Shown: positions 34,511 to 46,291 of the stretch, piece by piece
Numbering within the stretch: the first letter of the stretch is position 1
How the letters are laid out: every line of letters begins with the position of its first letter
Position numbers and translations under genes: made by a program
NCBI GenBank assembly: GCA_030390025.1
Contig: CM059430.1
Span: 61,566,001 to 61,630,000, forward strand
Length of the DNA: 64,000 nucleotides
Direction: 5' to 3'
DNA from: Squalus acanthias
Lineage: Eukaryota
Notes under the pieces: model-generated
The model's input: only the letters and a program-made list of their open reading frames with translations
Told to the model about the DNA's origin: nothing
The model's database searches: none

Positions 34511-35310
34511 ATTACTCGATAATCAAAATTAATGGAATCCCGTAATCCGATTTAGTTATAATATACAGGATTGGAATTTAATTCCTAATTAGCTTCGTTC
34601 CACCAACTTCACTAAAAATTTAATTTTGCTGATAATAATTATCGACATGATGAAGACTCTAATATTTCAGAAACAAGACTGATTCGATACGGTTAAACTA
34701 CATGATTTCCGAGATGAAAGTGTTTAAAACATGTCTGAGGTATCCTCTTACGCTGATGCAAACAGCACCTGAATCATTTTGCATCAACCGTCACATTTCC
34801 GCATGCAATTGCTGGTCATTTGTTGGGAAAATAGTCCAACTCTGCGCCAGCAATTGGTTTTTCTTGGGCCGTGTGGATGGTCGGTGAACGCGCGGTGGAT
34901 TGCAAAGGAGGTAGGATGGCAACTCTGAGAGTACGCAGCCATACCCACCGCAAATTCCGGGCATGGTTAACCAAACCTCCATTCTCCAACTCTTCTCCTC
35001 TGTATCCAACCTGGTTAGACTGCCGTTACTTATCAGGAAACACTCCGCTTGTGTTGGCAAATTCTGCCCATGAAAATCAAATATTTTCCCTTACTCTTTG
35101 CTGTCCGTCACACATGTAGTCCAAGCAGTTGAATAAGCGCAGAATCTAGAAAATTCCACTTCACAAATTAAGCTAAATTTCTGAACCCGCAATTACAGGA
35201 TGTCAAACGTCATTGCGACCTATCTCATAGAAAACTAACCGCAAACCATTCTTAACAGTTGCAAACTCGCAGTTACTGCAGAGAATCATCAGTTGAATCT
35301 GTTGCTCAGA

Positions 35311-35365
35311 ATGTCGGCGAGTATGCTTTTCTTGTGCCTGACTCTCCGGGGGATTATTTACACAG
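35311..35365 (+). CDS. Exon 1: signal peptide MSASMLFLCLTLRGIIYT
   Basis: ATG at 35311, hydrophobic leader, phase-1 donor ACAG|GTACC at 35365/35366, typical of an IgSF leader exon. Confidence 0.8.
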
Positions 35366-38300
35366 GTACCTCTTTATTCATTGTCCCAGCTACTTAAATT
35401 TATAAAATGCTTCCGAGGTAGTTTTCACATTAATTTAGTGAACTGTAATTCCTCTATCTAGATTATATTTCTCTCTTCCATCGCCATGACGTGTCTAATA
35501 CAATTAACCTGTACTTGACTATATTTTCTGACAGAAGCGGACCAGATTTCGTTCAGTGTAACTCAAGCGCCCAAACAAGCGACTGTATCCAGAGGGGGAA
35601 ACATCACCTTCCACTGCATATTCCCCATCTCCCAGGACCATTCCTGGGCAAGAGTGCATTGGTGGAAACAGGGTGAGAATGAATACCTGCGCACAAGCAC
35701 CGACAACAGAAAACGATTTGGTCTGACAAGTAAGGCGAGCGGGTTCTTTCAGTTGCTGAGCGCGACTTTCCAAGACTCTGGAGTTTATCAGTGCGCAGTG
35801 TCCCATCGGGGAATAATTCGAGGAAATGGAACCGGATCACATCTAATTGTGCATGGTAAGTGTGAAACACAGCGAGCGGCACAGTCGAATATATATCGAA
35901 CATATCAAACAGGGATGTTCTGTGATTGTTTTATTGCACCGCTTTTGGCAGTATACACATATGTATTGATACATTTCGCGATAAGTAAAATTGTATGTTC
36001 GTGTTCTCTGTGTAGAACTGCTTATTAGGCATTCAATATTACAGGCAGAGTATTGCAAAATTTATCAATATTATCCAATTAGACTATAACTCCAAAGACA
36101 ATTTACACACCTGCAGTCTGACAGCGGAAGTTCGGAACAAATTCCAAGCATATAACTGACTGAAAATCGTTTATATTAATGCATCTCTCCCAACATATAC
36201 ACGGCTCTCAGCCCATTTCTGATTTTCTGTCTGCCCTCATCGCTGTCTTTGCGGTTTAGCATTCCTGAAATTAATTCTCACATAATGTTAGCATCAGGGA
36301 TTATAAAGCTAGCGTGAAACTAACTGTTGATCAACGGCTTCACTCAACAAACTGGAGCTTGGAACACACAGCATTGTCACCTCATTAACCTCCAATAAAT
36401 AAAACAATACAGAGGAACTGTGTTACCGAACCCTCCTGAGGTTCAACCGAGCATAATTTCGTTCAACAATTGTCATGCTTCGGCTGTGGAATCTGTCCAA
36501 TACCGATTAAGGCCCTCATTTTGCCATCCACAATGTGCAGATTACTCGTCACTGTCTATCTGTTCCTAACACGGAGGGACTCAGCGCGCACACTTCCCTC
36601 GAGGTTTATTTACTTAATTCTTTCGATTATGAAAAGCAAACATTGATTAGCAAATCGTGGCGACTTGTCTGCTGAGTAACTCTAAGTCTTAGACTTGATA
36701 GCGCAGGTAAACTTGAACAGATGCGGGTCTCTATGAGAGATATGGATGAGTTGCGTGTAGTTGATGAGCGGAACATTAAAAGGACAGAGGCTGCGCTTTC
36801 GAATGGTGCTATAATAATAAAAAAGAAACATAGAAAATATGATAATGGCTGATCCTCTATCTGAATACCATATCCCCGCTCTCTCTAATGGACGGTACGT
36901 AAATCAGAATCATATTTAATCTCCCAATGGTGCCCAGTAACTCTACTTAATTCAATCTCTGTTCCACAGCGGCCCCGACCCCACTGAAGATTGTCTCCAC
37001 TGAAGGGATTCACCTGCTTCACTGACTCTTGTGTGTAAAACGGCTGCGTTTTATCCGGAGAATTTCACCCTCACTTGGTATAAAAATTGCGTCGAAATTG
37101 CATTAGGAATACATACCAGGAAAGTGCAGAACACGGAGGGACTGTATGAAGTTTCCAGCTCTTTGACTGAGACGAAGCCTGTCCCGAGTGACGCCAATTA
37201 TATATGTTTGGTTTCTCATGTCTCCCTCGAGACTCCAGCTGTTGTCACCCATACTCTTTCTAAATCTAACCAAGGTATGAGGCAAAAAGACCAAAATCGT
37301 AGAGAGATATATCGGACAGTTTGTACATATTAATAGTCATGAAGCTAGTCCACGGAAATCTTAAGGGAAATATCAACGAAAGCATTAAATTCGTGTTTTA
37401 ATGTATAATATAGTTCAACCTGACGAGTTGTAAAACCGGGTTATATCTCAGTTATATTATCAGTCAAAATATTTTTGGTTTCAAATTCCTGTATTTGATA
37501 TATACAATTATAAACTGAAGTTTAACTTTTCTATCCGATTATATTTCCGCATCTGCTTATTATTAATAATGTTTCAGTTTCTTTTATTTCAATTATAAGA
37601 TTGCTTTATTCTTTACCATTGCCTGCTCTCCTTGTATCAAGACTGTTACCAAAAGCTGCAGTCATGCACTTGGGCTTCTCCCAATGCAGTTCCTGATCCT
37701 GATCCCCCTATCGGCTAATTCTACTGCAGAGATCTGAAATTAACCCCCCAGCCAGCTTTTACCCCTCATCTGTTCCTGCCACAACGGGTTTAATTGGAAT
37801 CTGTCTCATAAATCTCATTGAAAGTGTGCCCGCAAACTGGCGACAGTACAGCCGGCACAACACATCTTTGTCCCGCAAGACAATAATCAATGAGCCATCG
37901 CCCGTTGATATCCTTTACTATTCAGTGACATTCTTACTTTAATAAACAGTTCGGATAATTGAAAGGGGATTTTTAACAGATTGCTGCAATCCGGAATTTC
38001 GTTTGGGCATCGAAGAAACGCTTGTGACAAAATTGCCTCCAATTTCATCAAATTATATGTTAATAAATAAGAAAGGGTAAGAAGAAGAACACATCTTTTG
38101 GTCATGGGAAATTGATCTCTCTCGTGTTCTACCTCTCCTAAAACAGTGTAGTGCGATGCGCAGATAGATCCAGAATGTCAGATCTATATACGAAGAAGTT
38201 ACTTCAAATATCTAACAGAAGTAACATTTTGTATTTAATCTTTCTTATTGCCGTTCTATACCGCGGAGTTACTGAAAGAAACATCATAGTTTAACCAATA

Positions 38301-40197
38301 AACTATCTTGAGGCCTATTTTTAACCAACGCCCTCCATAACTTAATGTTCCTATTAATCTTACAGATAGCGTCGATAAGTCACTTTACTTCTGGGCTTCT
38401 GGGTGTGTGGTGGGTGGATTGGCGTTTCTGGTGCTAATGATCTTCATTGGGACGCGGTGCCGACTGCTGAAGAATGAAGGTAAGATCAACTGTAAGCCCT
38501 TTATTTTATTACAAAACCTCCGGGTTAGTGACAGACTCCGGGTAACACGAGGGAAGCGGAACTCGATTAGGACTTAAAGTTGAAAACCGTGTTATCTGTT
38601 TCAGGAAGCGCCGATTGTTCCAAATGCATTTTAAAATGCAGAAATGCTTACAGAATCGTAATAAAAATTGAAATAAATATCTGGATATTTGCAACAAAAA
38701 TGCCCCCTTTGCAGCAGAATAAATGACATGTACCCTGACACACAATCACTTTCCAACCCATTCTGTTGTGGATGCGCAGCGAGTTTGAGTGAAGGAGTGC
38801 GAGGCTCCGGCCGGGGATTGGTTGCACACATAAGAACATAAGAAATCGGAGCAGGAGTAGGCCGTACTGCCCTCGAGCCTTCTCCGCCATGCAATAAGAC
38901 CTTGGCTGATCATCTACCTCAACGCCACTTTCCCGCCCTATCCCCATATCCCTTGATGCCCTTAGTGTCAAAAAAGATTCCCTTAGTTTCCGAGAAATAT
39001 CCAAAAAGCCACCATTGTTGATCGCTACCAGGGTTGGGATTTCAAACACTGTCGGCACAATCCGGAATTGGAAATCATGTTCTGCTTTGTTCTGACTCTA
39101 GAAATGTTTTTGCATTAAATTAAATTTCATTAATTTCCAGGTAAAGAAGAATGCGTAACCGGACCGAACTGCAGCCAAGAGCTGGTAAGTTAACTCATTC
39201 ATCCCGGCAGACGTTTGAAATGGCAAGAAAGATTGCAATAATGGAAAGATAATATCATAGTCATGTCAGAACAGTTTAATTCTATTTATTGAAAGTATTT
39301 ATCCGGTCTTAGTGAGTCATTCAAATCGTGGTTAGAAATGTACTTGACACCTGGTGCGTTGCTGGTAAAAAATGTTAAATGGCAGACAAGAAAACTGCGT
39401 GTTTCGTTGAAAATGCACCTAGGTAATAACTGTCTATAGATTCATCGATTGTTTGGATTTGAAAAAAAAACTTTACGTTCGAAAGATGCCGCTCATTTAA
39501 ACATTTCTGTAACACTGTGTTGTAGTGTGAACATTGACATGTTTAAATATTATAGTGATCACAGTTCCTTAATATTCACACCTATGTAAATATATCTGAA
39601 TTAGGGTTTGTGCACTTGATCTTTAGCCCAGTTCTACGTGTGCAATGTTTGATCAGCGGCATGTAAACTGGTGAAGGCAATGAACTAGCCACATAACCAA
39701 ATAATTTTCTTTCTGACCCATGCAGGGAGCAGCGGCTGAGACCGTGCATTATGCTGCATTAGATTTGAGCAGAGCCAGGAAAACTCCAAGACCTAAACGT
39801 GAAGAGCAGAGAACCGTGTCCGCTCAGGTAGGACTGAGTAAGAGATCAGAGAAAAATAGATCACCGGTGTTACATCAACATTCATGCGATAGCGGAGGGC
39901 ATTTGTTTGTGCTGACTTTGATCGTGTGTTGTATATAAGGCTATTTGTGTGACCTTCTGATGACTGCTTTGAACAGCAGTCCACAAAACAACCAATTAAC
40001 AATATTTCCAAACATTGCCTTCACAGACCGAACAAGGGACAGGCCGTGACAAGATGACGTACGCGACTATAGCATTGACTGGCTCAGAGAAAACGGGGAA
40101 ATGCAAAAATAACGAAAGGACAGAGTATGCCCAGCTGCGGACAAAAAAACAAAGAGGAGTAACAGAGGCTGTCTACACAGAAGTAAGAACAAATTAG
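35311..40197 (+). CDS. Multi-exon immunoglobulin-superfamily inhibitory receptor (leader-VJ-C1-TM-ITIM/ITSM tail; SIRP/NCR3-like, non-rearranging); C1 exon has a 1-nt frameshift as assembled
   Basis: Seven exons with canonical GT-AG junctions and matching phases: 35311-35365, 35535-35855, 36970-37274, 38366-38479, 39141-39184, 39726-39827, 40027-40197. The product is 370 aa if one base is restored in exon 3, or 268 aa if exon 3 is skipped. AATAAA at 40491-40496. Confidence 0.9.
35535..35855 (+). CDS. Exon 2: V-set Ig domain with built-in J-like G strand
   Basis: Acceptor ttttctgacag|, 321 nt, donor G|GTAAGT, phase 1-1. Translation EADQISFSVTQAPKQATVSRGGNITFHC...VHWWKQ...DSGVYQCAV...GNGTGSHLIVH shows the B-strand Cys, C-strand Trp, D-x-G-x-Y-x-C and a G-x-G-S-x-L-x-V motif. 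Confidence 0.95.
36970..37274 (+). CDS. Exon 3: C1-set Ig domain (frameshifted by -1 near 37001-37007)
   Basis: Acceptor ctctgttccacag|, donor G|GTATGA. Motifs LTLVCKTAAFYPENFTLTWYKN, NTEGLYEVSSSL and YICLVSHVSL are C1-set signatures. The exon is 305 nt (not a multiple of 3): the spliced-in frame reads AAPTPLKIVSTEGIHLLH* while the C1 frame resumes at DSPASLTLVC. Confidence 0.9.
38366..38479 (+). CDS. Exon 4: transmembrane exon DSVDKSLYFWASGCVVGGLAFLVLMIFIGTRCRLLKNE
   Basis: Acceptor tcttacag|, 114 nt, donor G|GTAAGA, phase 1-1. About 23 hydrophobic residues with no charged residue, followed by a basic stop-transfer segment. Confidence 0.9.
38828..38975 (-). mobile_element. CR1 tail fragment in intron 4 of the IgSF gene
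   Basis: cataagaacataagaaatcggagcaggagtaggcc... matches the other CR1 tails. Confidence 0.85.
39141..39184 (+). CDS. Exon 5: short cytoplasmic exon GKEECVTGPNCSQEL
   Basis: Acceptor taatttccag|, donor CTG|GTAAGT. At 44 nt it converts phase 1 to phase 0, exactly as needed to join exons 4 and 6. Confidence 0.8.
39726..39827 (+). CDS. Exon 6: cytoplasmic exon with ITIM VHYAAL
   Basis: Pyrimidine tract plus tgcag|, 102 nt, donor CAG|GTAGGA, phase 0-0. Reads GAAAETVHYAALDLSRARKTPRPKREEQRTVSAQ. Confidence 0.85.
40027..40197 (+). CDS. Exon 7: terminal cytoplasmic exon with MTYATI, TEYAQL and AVYTEV tyrosine motifs
   Basis: Acceptor ccttcacag|, phase 0, stop TAG at 40195-40197, polyA signal about 300 nt downstream. 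Confidence 0.85.
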   Translation, partial: TEQGTGRDKMTYATIALTGSEKTGKCKNNERTEYAQLRTKKQRGVTEAVYTEVRTN

Positions 40198-40490
40198 CAA
40201 TCTAAGTTTAGATGAGGAATTTACTTTTTTGGTGTGTACTGATCGCATTTCGCTGCCATATCACGCGTATGTATACCGTGCGATATCATCACTCCGAGAG
40301 GTAACGCATTCCGTTGATACATCAGAGAATACAGTCTATAGTTATTACTTACTGTTTTCGTAAAAGTAACTTTCCTGACATACTTTGATGTTAAATCGGT
40401 ATTAGTTAGCTGATGACAAATCTATGCTCATTCGATTAGAATGATACGCTAATATCCTTGCTGTACCTAATTATCATTATACATTAATTC

Positions 40491-40496
40491 AATAAA
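40491..40496 (+). terminator. Polyadenylation signal AATAAA of the IgSF receptor gene
   Basis: Canonical AATAAA about 295 nt after the stop codon, followed by a T-rich stretch. Confidence 0.6.
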
Positions 40497-43419
40497 AATA
40501 GATTATATACGATCTCTTACAAGTCAACGATTGGTACTCATTTTTTGCGAGTAAAACTGCAAAACCTGTGTGTTGGTTCATGTGTGGCGTCACTGCACCC
40601 TGACTTCCAGTCCAGGTGACGCTCCTGATGTGAAACGGGTGAAGCTCCAGTCTATGGATTCGCCCATCAATCTACTGAAAGCAGCTACCAGTTGTTTTAT
40701 ATCTTCCAAACATCTGTCTATGCATGTGGCCAAGTAGAATCATAGAATCTTACAGCACAGAAGGAGACCATGCTGCCCATTGTGCCCGTGCTGGCACTTT
40801 GAAAGATCTATCCAATTCGTCCAACTCTCGCGCTCTTTCCCTAAAGCCCTGCAATTTTCTTTTTTCCCCCTATATATCCACTTGCGTTTTGAAAGTTCCC
40901 ATGTATTCTGTTTCCAAGACTCATTAACTTCTGTTGTCACTATCGCTACCGATGGGAATGTGTAAACGCTTCGCCTTAAGGCGTTTGTCCCTCTTTTATT
41001 CATTCCATTTTCATACATTAATCTAAGTGTATTACTGAGTACATTTTCTGCCTTTTTGTTTTATATATCCACACACATTTCAGTACAGTTAAATTGGTTA
41101 AATCTCTGAAACGCACTGCAATTTCTTCATGTCCTACAATATTGTAACATTGGTCACATGGGCTCACAAATTGTAGGTTCTGCATATTGTCTAAAATATC
41201 AAGAGAGTTCGGCCAATAAAGCACCTTTTATTAAAGTTCTGCATAATTGTAACTATTTTGTGAGGAATGTTGCTCATTCAAGTTGTTCCTATCACACTGT
41301 TTGACAACATAGAACTGGATTTTGGAGGTGATGAAGGAGCAGATTTGCAAAGAATATCTAACGTGTCATCTAGTCGACCCGTTCCAATCACATCGGGACA
41401 TTGAGCAGAGGCAAGAAATCCCCATTCGTGATGTCACAGGGGAGGCACTTCCATACGGAATTCCTGCTCACAGACATCATGCAACCGGCAGATTAGTATC
41501 ATAATAAAGGGGACTGGAAGACTGTAATAAGTGGAGAGATATTTTCCGTTACAACATTGAAGGAATATCAAGCAGTTCTGAAGCGTCGAGATGTTTGCAT
41601 TCCCCTTAAATAATACACATTCTATGATTATGCACAAGATGGTTGAAAAGACAATGCGCAGGCATATGCGCAGAAGCAAATATACCGACCAACACATGCA
41701 CAGCAAATGTATCGTGACTGTGGATACTTATTGACAAAGTATCCAACTTCGAATGCCAATGGGAGCACATCTTGGCTCTCTCCGTCCAGGTAAATTTGCA
41801 GATTAGTATTTTGCTGGTGGCTTAATGTAAAGGTAATCCTTGCTGCAAGTAAATAGTTTCGGTTTATATTACAATTAATACATAATCAAAGTAAAGATAT
41901 GAATAGGAATGGATAATTAGCTCAAGGGACTCAAACACGATGATTTTTTTCTTATTTTCTGATCTCTATGTTACCCAGTAAACCCGTTTAACTTTCTCAC
42001 CCCCTCTCCCCCAATCAGAATTCAGTTTAATTCGCCGATTCTCTATTAATCGCTTGCCACACATTATCGTTAGAGGTCTGAGTCAGAAAAATTGGGCTTT
42101 CAGTTATATTCAGAACACCTCTGATTCTACAGAAGCAACCGGCTTTCCCAATGCGATTGATTTGCCACATTAATCAGTCGACGTGAAAAAGTGGTTGCAG
42201 CTAACTCTATGGGATGTATCGTTTTATATTGACAACACTCGATAAAAGCACTGTTCACATTAAAACCACTCTCAATAAGACCGTCTACTGCCTTACATGA
42301 TGAAGACTGTACTTGCAGCCGCTGAGCATTTGTTTTCACTGCGAAACACAAGTGCTAATGTTGGTCAGTACAAAAAGAGGAAATAAACAACACCACAATG
42401 GAATCCATGGGAACATTATCTTTTTTACATAATTTCCCATCCCACTGCAGTTACACTTAGAGTGATATCGAACCCCATCCCTGTGAGACCTACTCCACCT
42501 GTTCAGGCTGTGACTTGGATTGATGCTACAAGTTTAGCATGGCTGGCAAACGGAAACCCCTTCACCTGGAGCGTAATTTGGCGACAATGAAATCTGACGG
42601 TGTATGATCATTACCTATGAACCATGTTGTGTTTGAAAGACCCAGGAAAAACTGATAATTCTCAAAGATTCAACGATTCCCGCGACATTTTTATGGCAAA
42701 AGGTACCAATGGTTTTCGTAAAAAAATTCACTGTTAAACAAAGAAATTGTTCATTATTGAAAGAGCTTGTGTTTTATTTTAATTAAAAAAAATGCATATT
42801 TGCTCAAATGCATCGCCTTGGTTGTACAGCTATCCTGTTGGGTTACTCTCTCCATGCCCTAAAACGAATATACAGCACAGAAACAGGCCATTTAGCCCAA
42901 CTAGTCTGTGCTGGTGTTTATACTCCACACGAGTCTCGTCTCATTCCAGCGACCTCATCTCAGCCTTTCAGCATATCGTTCTATTCTCTTTGCTCTCATG
43001 TACTTGTCACGTTTTCTTCTGAAAGCCTCTAAGCTACTTGCGGCAACCTGTGGTAGCCAGTTCCACATTCTAACCACTCTCTGAGTAAAAAAAAATCTCC
43101 TTATTTCTCTATTGTCTATTGTATTTATTATTAACTATTTTGTATTTATGGCCCTTAGATTTGGATTCTCCCACAAGTGGAAACATTCTTTCACATATAC
43201 CCTGTCCAACCCATTCATAATTTTAAAACCTCTGTCAGATCATCTCTAAGCGCTCTCCTTTAGTCGAAAAAGCCCTAACCTTCGACAACCACAACCATCT
43301 TCCTTTGTATGACTCCAGCCAGTGAAGTGTTTGTCCCCGATCCAGATTGACTTCAATTTTATTAGGGCACTTTGGTGCCGCACTCGGGAAAATGCAGCCT
43401 TGATGTCAATGACATCCAC

Positions 43420-45330
43420 AGGCAGGGGGTTACTTAAAAATTAAATTAGGAGAGCGAAGAGGGGGCATGAAAAAACACTGGCGAGCAAAATAAAGGAAAA
43501 CCCTAAGGTGTTTTATAAGTATATTAAGGGCAAGAGGATAACCAGGGAAAGAGTAGGGCCCATTCGGGACCAAAGTAGCAATCTGTGTGTAGAGCCGGAA
43601 GATGTGGGTGAGGTTTTAAATGAATATTTTGCATCTGTGTTCACTATGGAGAAGGACGATGTAGCCATATAAATCAGGGAGGGGGATTGTGATATACTTG
43701 AACAAATTAATATTGAGAGGGAGGAGGTACTAGCGGTTTTAGCGGGCTTAAAAGTGGATAAATCCCCAGGCCCAGACGAGATGTATCCCAGGCTGCTGTG
43801 TGAGGCAAGGGAAGAGATTGCAGGGGCTCTGACACAACTTTTCTGAACCTCTCTGGCCACAGGGGAGGTGCCAGAGGACTGGAGGACAGCTAACGTAGTA
43901 CCATTTTTCAAGAGGGTAGTAGGGATAAACCAGGGAATTACAGGCCAGTGAGCCTAACATCAGTGGTAGGGAAATTATTGGAAAAAATTCTGAGGGACAG
44001 AATTAGTCTCCACTTGGAGAGGCAAGGATTAATCAAGGACAGTCAGCATGGCTTTGTCAGGGGGAGATCATGTCTGTCCAATTTGATTGAATTTTTCGAG
44101 GGGGTGACTTGGTGTGTGGATGAGGGTTGTGCAGTTGATGTGGTCTACATGGATTTCAGTAAGGTTTTTGACAAAGTCCCACATGGGAGACTGGTCAAGA
44201 AGGTAAGAGCCCATGGGATCCAGGGCAACTTGGCACATTGGATCCAAAATTGGCTTAGTGGCAGGAGGCAGAGGGTGATGGTCGAATGTTGTTTTGCTGA
44301 CTGGAAGCCTGTGTCCAGTGGTGTACCGCAGGGATCGGTGCTGGGTCCTTTGCTGTTTGTAGTGTACATTAATGATATAGATATGAATGTAGGAGGTATG
44401 ATCAGTAAGTTCGCAGATGACACGAAAATTGGTGGAGTGGTAAATAGCGAGGAGGGAAGTCTTAGGCTACAGGACGATAGAGACGGGTTGGCCAGATGAG
44501 CAGAACAGTGGCAAATGGAATTTAACCCTGAAAAGTGTGAGGTGATGCATTTTGGGAGGACTAACAAGGCAAGGGAATACACAATGAATGGTAGGATCCC
44601 AGGAAGGACAGAGGATCAGTGGCACCTTGGTGTGCATGTACATAGATCCCTGAAGGCAGCAGGACAGGTAGATAAGGTAGTTAAAAAGGCATATGGGATA
44701 CTTGCCTTCATTAGCCGAGGCATAGCATATAAGAGCAGGGAGGTTATGTTGGAGCTGTATAAAACGCTAGTTAGGCCACAGCTGGAATACTGTGTGCAGG
44801 TCTGGTCGCCACACTATCGGAAGGATGTGATTGCATTGGAGAGAGTGCAGAGGAGATTCACCAGGATGTTACCTGGGCTGCAGCGCTTCAGCTATGAAGA
44901 GAGACTGAACAGGCTGGAGTTGTTTTCCTTAGCACAGAGAAGGCTGAGGGGGGACCTGATTGAGGTGTACAAAATTATGAGGGGCATAGATAGGGTAGAT
45001 AGAAAGGAACTTTTCCCCTTAGTAGAGGGGTCAATAACCAGGGAGCATAGTTTCAAGGTAAGGGGCAGGAGGTTTAGAGGGGATTTGAGGAAAAACATTT
45101 TCACCCAGAGGGTGGTTGGAATCTGAAACTTACTGCCTGAAAAGGTGATAGAGGCAGGAACCCTCACAACATTCAAGAAGCATTTAGATGAGCACGTGAA
45201 ACGCCATAGCATACAAGGCTAAGGACCAAGTACTGGAAAATGGGATTAGAATAGACAGGGCTTGATGGCCGGCGCGGACACAATGGGCCGAAGTGCCTCT
45301 TTTGGTGCTGTATAACTCTATGACTCTATG
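43420..45330 (+). mobile_element. 5'-truncated CR1 (RT to tail)
   Basis: ORFs 43948-44499 and 44515-45126 carry RT motifs separated by single stops. Tail (ACTCTATG)n. Confidence 0.9.
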
Positions 45331-46161
45331 ACCTCACCTCTGGAATTCAGCTATTTTGTCCATGTTTGGACAAAGGCTATGATACGGTCTGGAGCTAAGT
45401 GGTCCCGGCAGAACCCAAACTGAGCATCGGTGAGCAGGTTATTTGTGAGAAAGTGCCACTTGACAGCACTGCCGACGATACCGTACATCACTATGCTGAT
45501 GATTGAGAGCAGGTTGATGAGGCAGTAAATGGGCGGATTGAAAATATCCAGCTTTTTGTGGACAGGACATACCTGGGCAATTGTCCACATTATTAGGTAG
45601 ATGCCAGTGCTGTAGATGCCAGAGGCGCGGCTGATTCTGGAGCACAAGTCTTCAGCACTACAGCCGGGATGTTGCAGGGACCCATAGCCATTGCTGCATC
45701 CACCAGACTCAGCCATTTCTTGATATCACGTGGAGTGAGTCGAATTGGCTGAAGACTGACACCTGTGATGGTGGGAATCTCAGGAGGAGGCAGAGATGGA
45801 TCTTCAACTGGGGACTTCTGGCTGAAGATGGTTGCCAATGCTTCACCCTGTCTCTTGCACTCACGTGCTGGGTTCCACTGTCGTTGAGGGGGACGATGTT
45901 CATGGAGGCATCTCCTCCCGGTAATTGTTTAATTGACCACCACCATTCACGACTGGGTGTGGCAGGACTTCAGAGATTTGATCTGATCTGGTGTTTGTGG
46001 GATCGCTTAGCTCTGTTTATCGCATGCTGCTTCTGCTGTTTAGAATGTTGTAGCTTCCCCAGGTTGGCACCTAATTTTAGGTACGCCTGGTGCTGCTCCT
46101 GGCATGCCTACAGTGCTCCTTGAAACAGGGGTGGTGGCCTGGCTTGATGGTAATATTAGAG

Positions 46162-46291
46162 AAGTCGCACAACACCAGGTTATAGTCCAACAGATTTATT
46201 TAAAATTACAAGTTTTCGGAGCTGTCGCCCCTTCCTCAGGTAGAGTTACTGTGAGACAATCTAACCGAATTCACAGCATCTCCACATCATG
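46162..46291 (-). mobile_element. 130-bp Penelope-derived insert with a hammerhead core
   Basis: 13-bp direct repeat GGTAATATTAGAG at 46149-46161 and 46292-46304. The minus strand reads CTGAGGA-A-GGGGC-GACA-GCTCC-GAAA. Confidence 0.7.

Noticed and set aside
35237-35243. RUNX-like AACCGCA about 70 bp upstream of the receptor ATG
   Set aside because: A single 7-mer is plausible for a leukocyte promoter but is not distinguishable from chance.
35868-35920. Heptamer-like CACAGCG and CACAGTC just after the V exon (possible RSS)
   Set aside because: There is no ACAAAAACC-like nonamer at 12 or 23 bp, and both lie in the intron after an already complete VJ exon.
37031-37333. Calling the C1 exon a TCR/Ig constant, MHC or beta2-microglobulin gene
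   Set aside because: It is linked to a germline-joined V exon, an uncharged TM and an ITIM tail. No J cluster or peptide-binding-domain exons are present.
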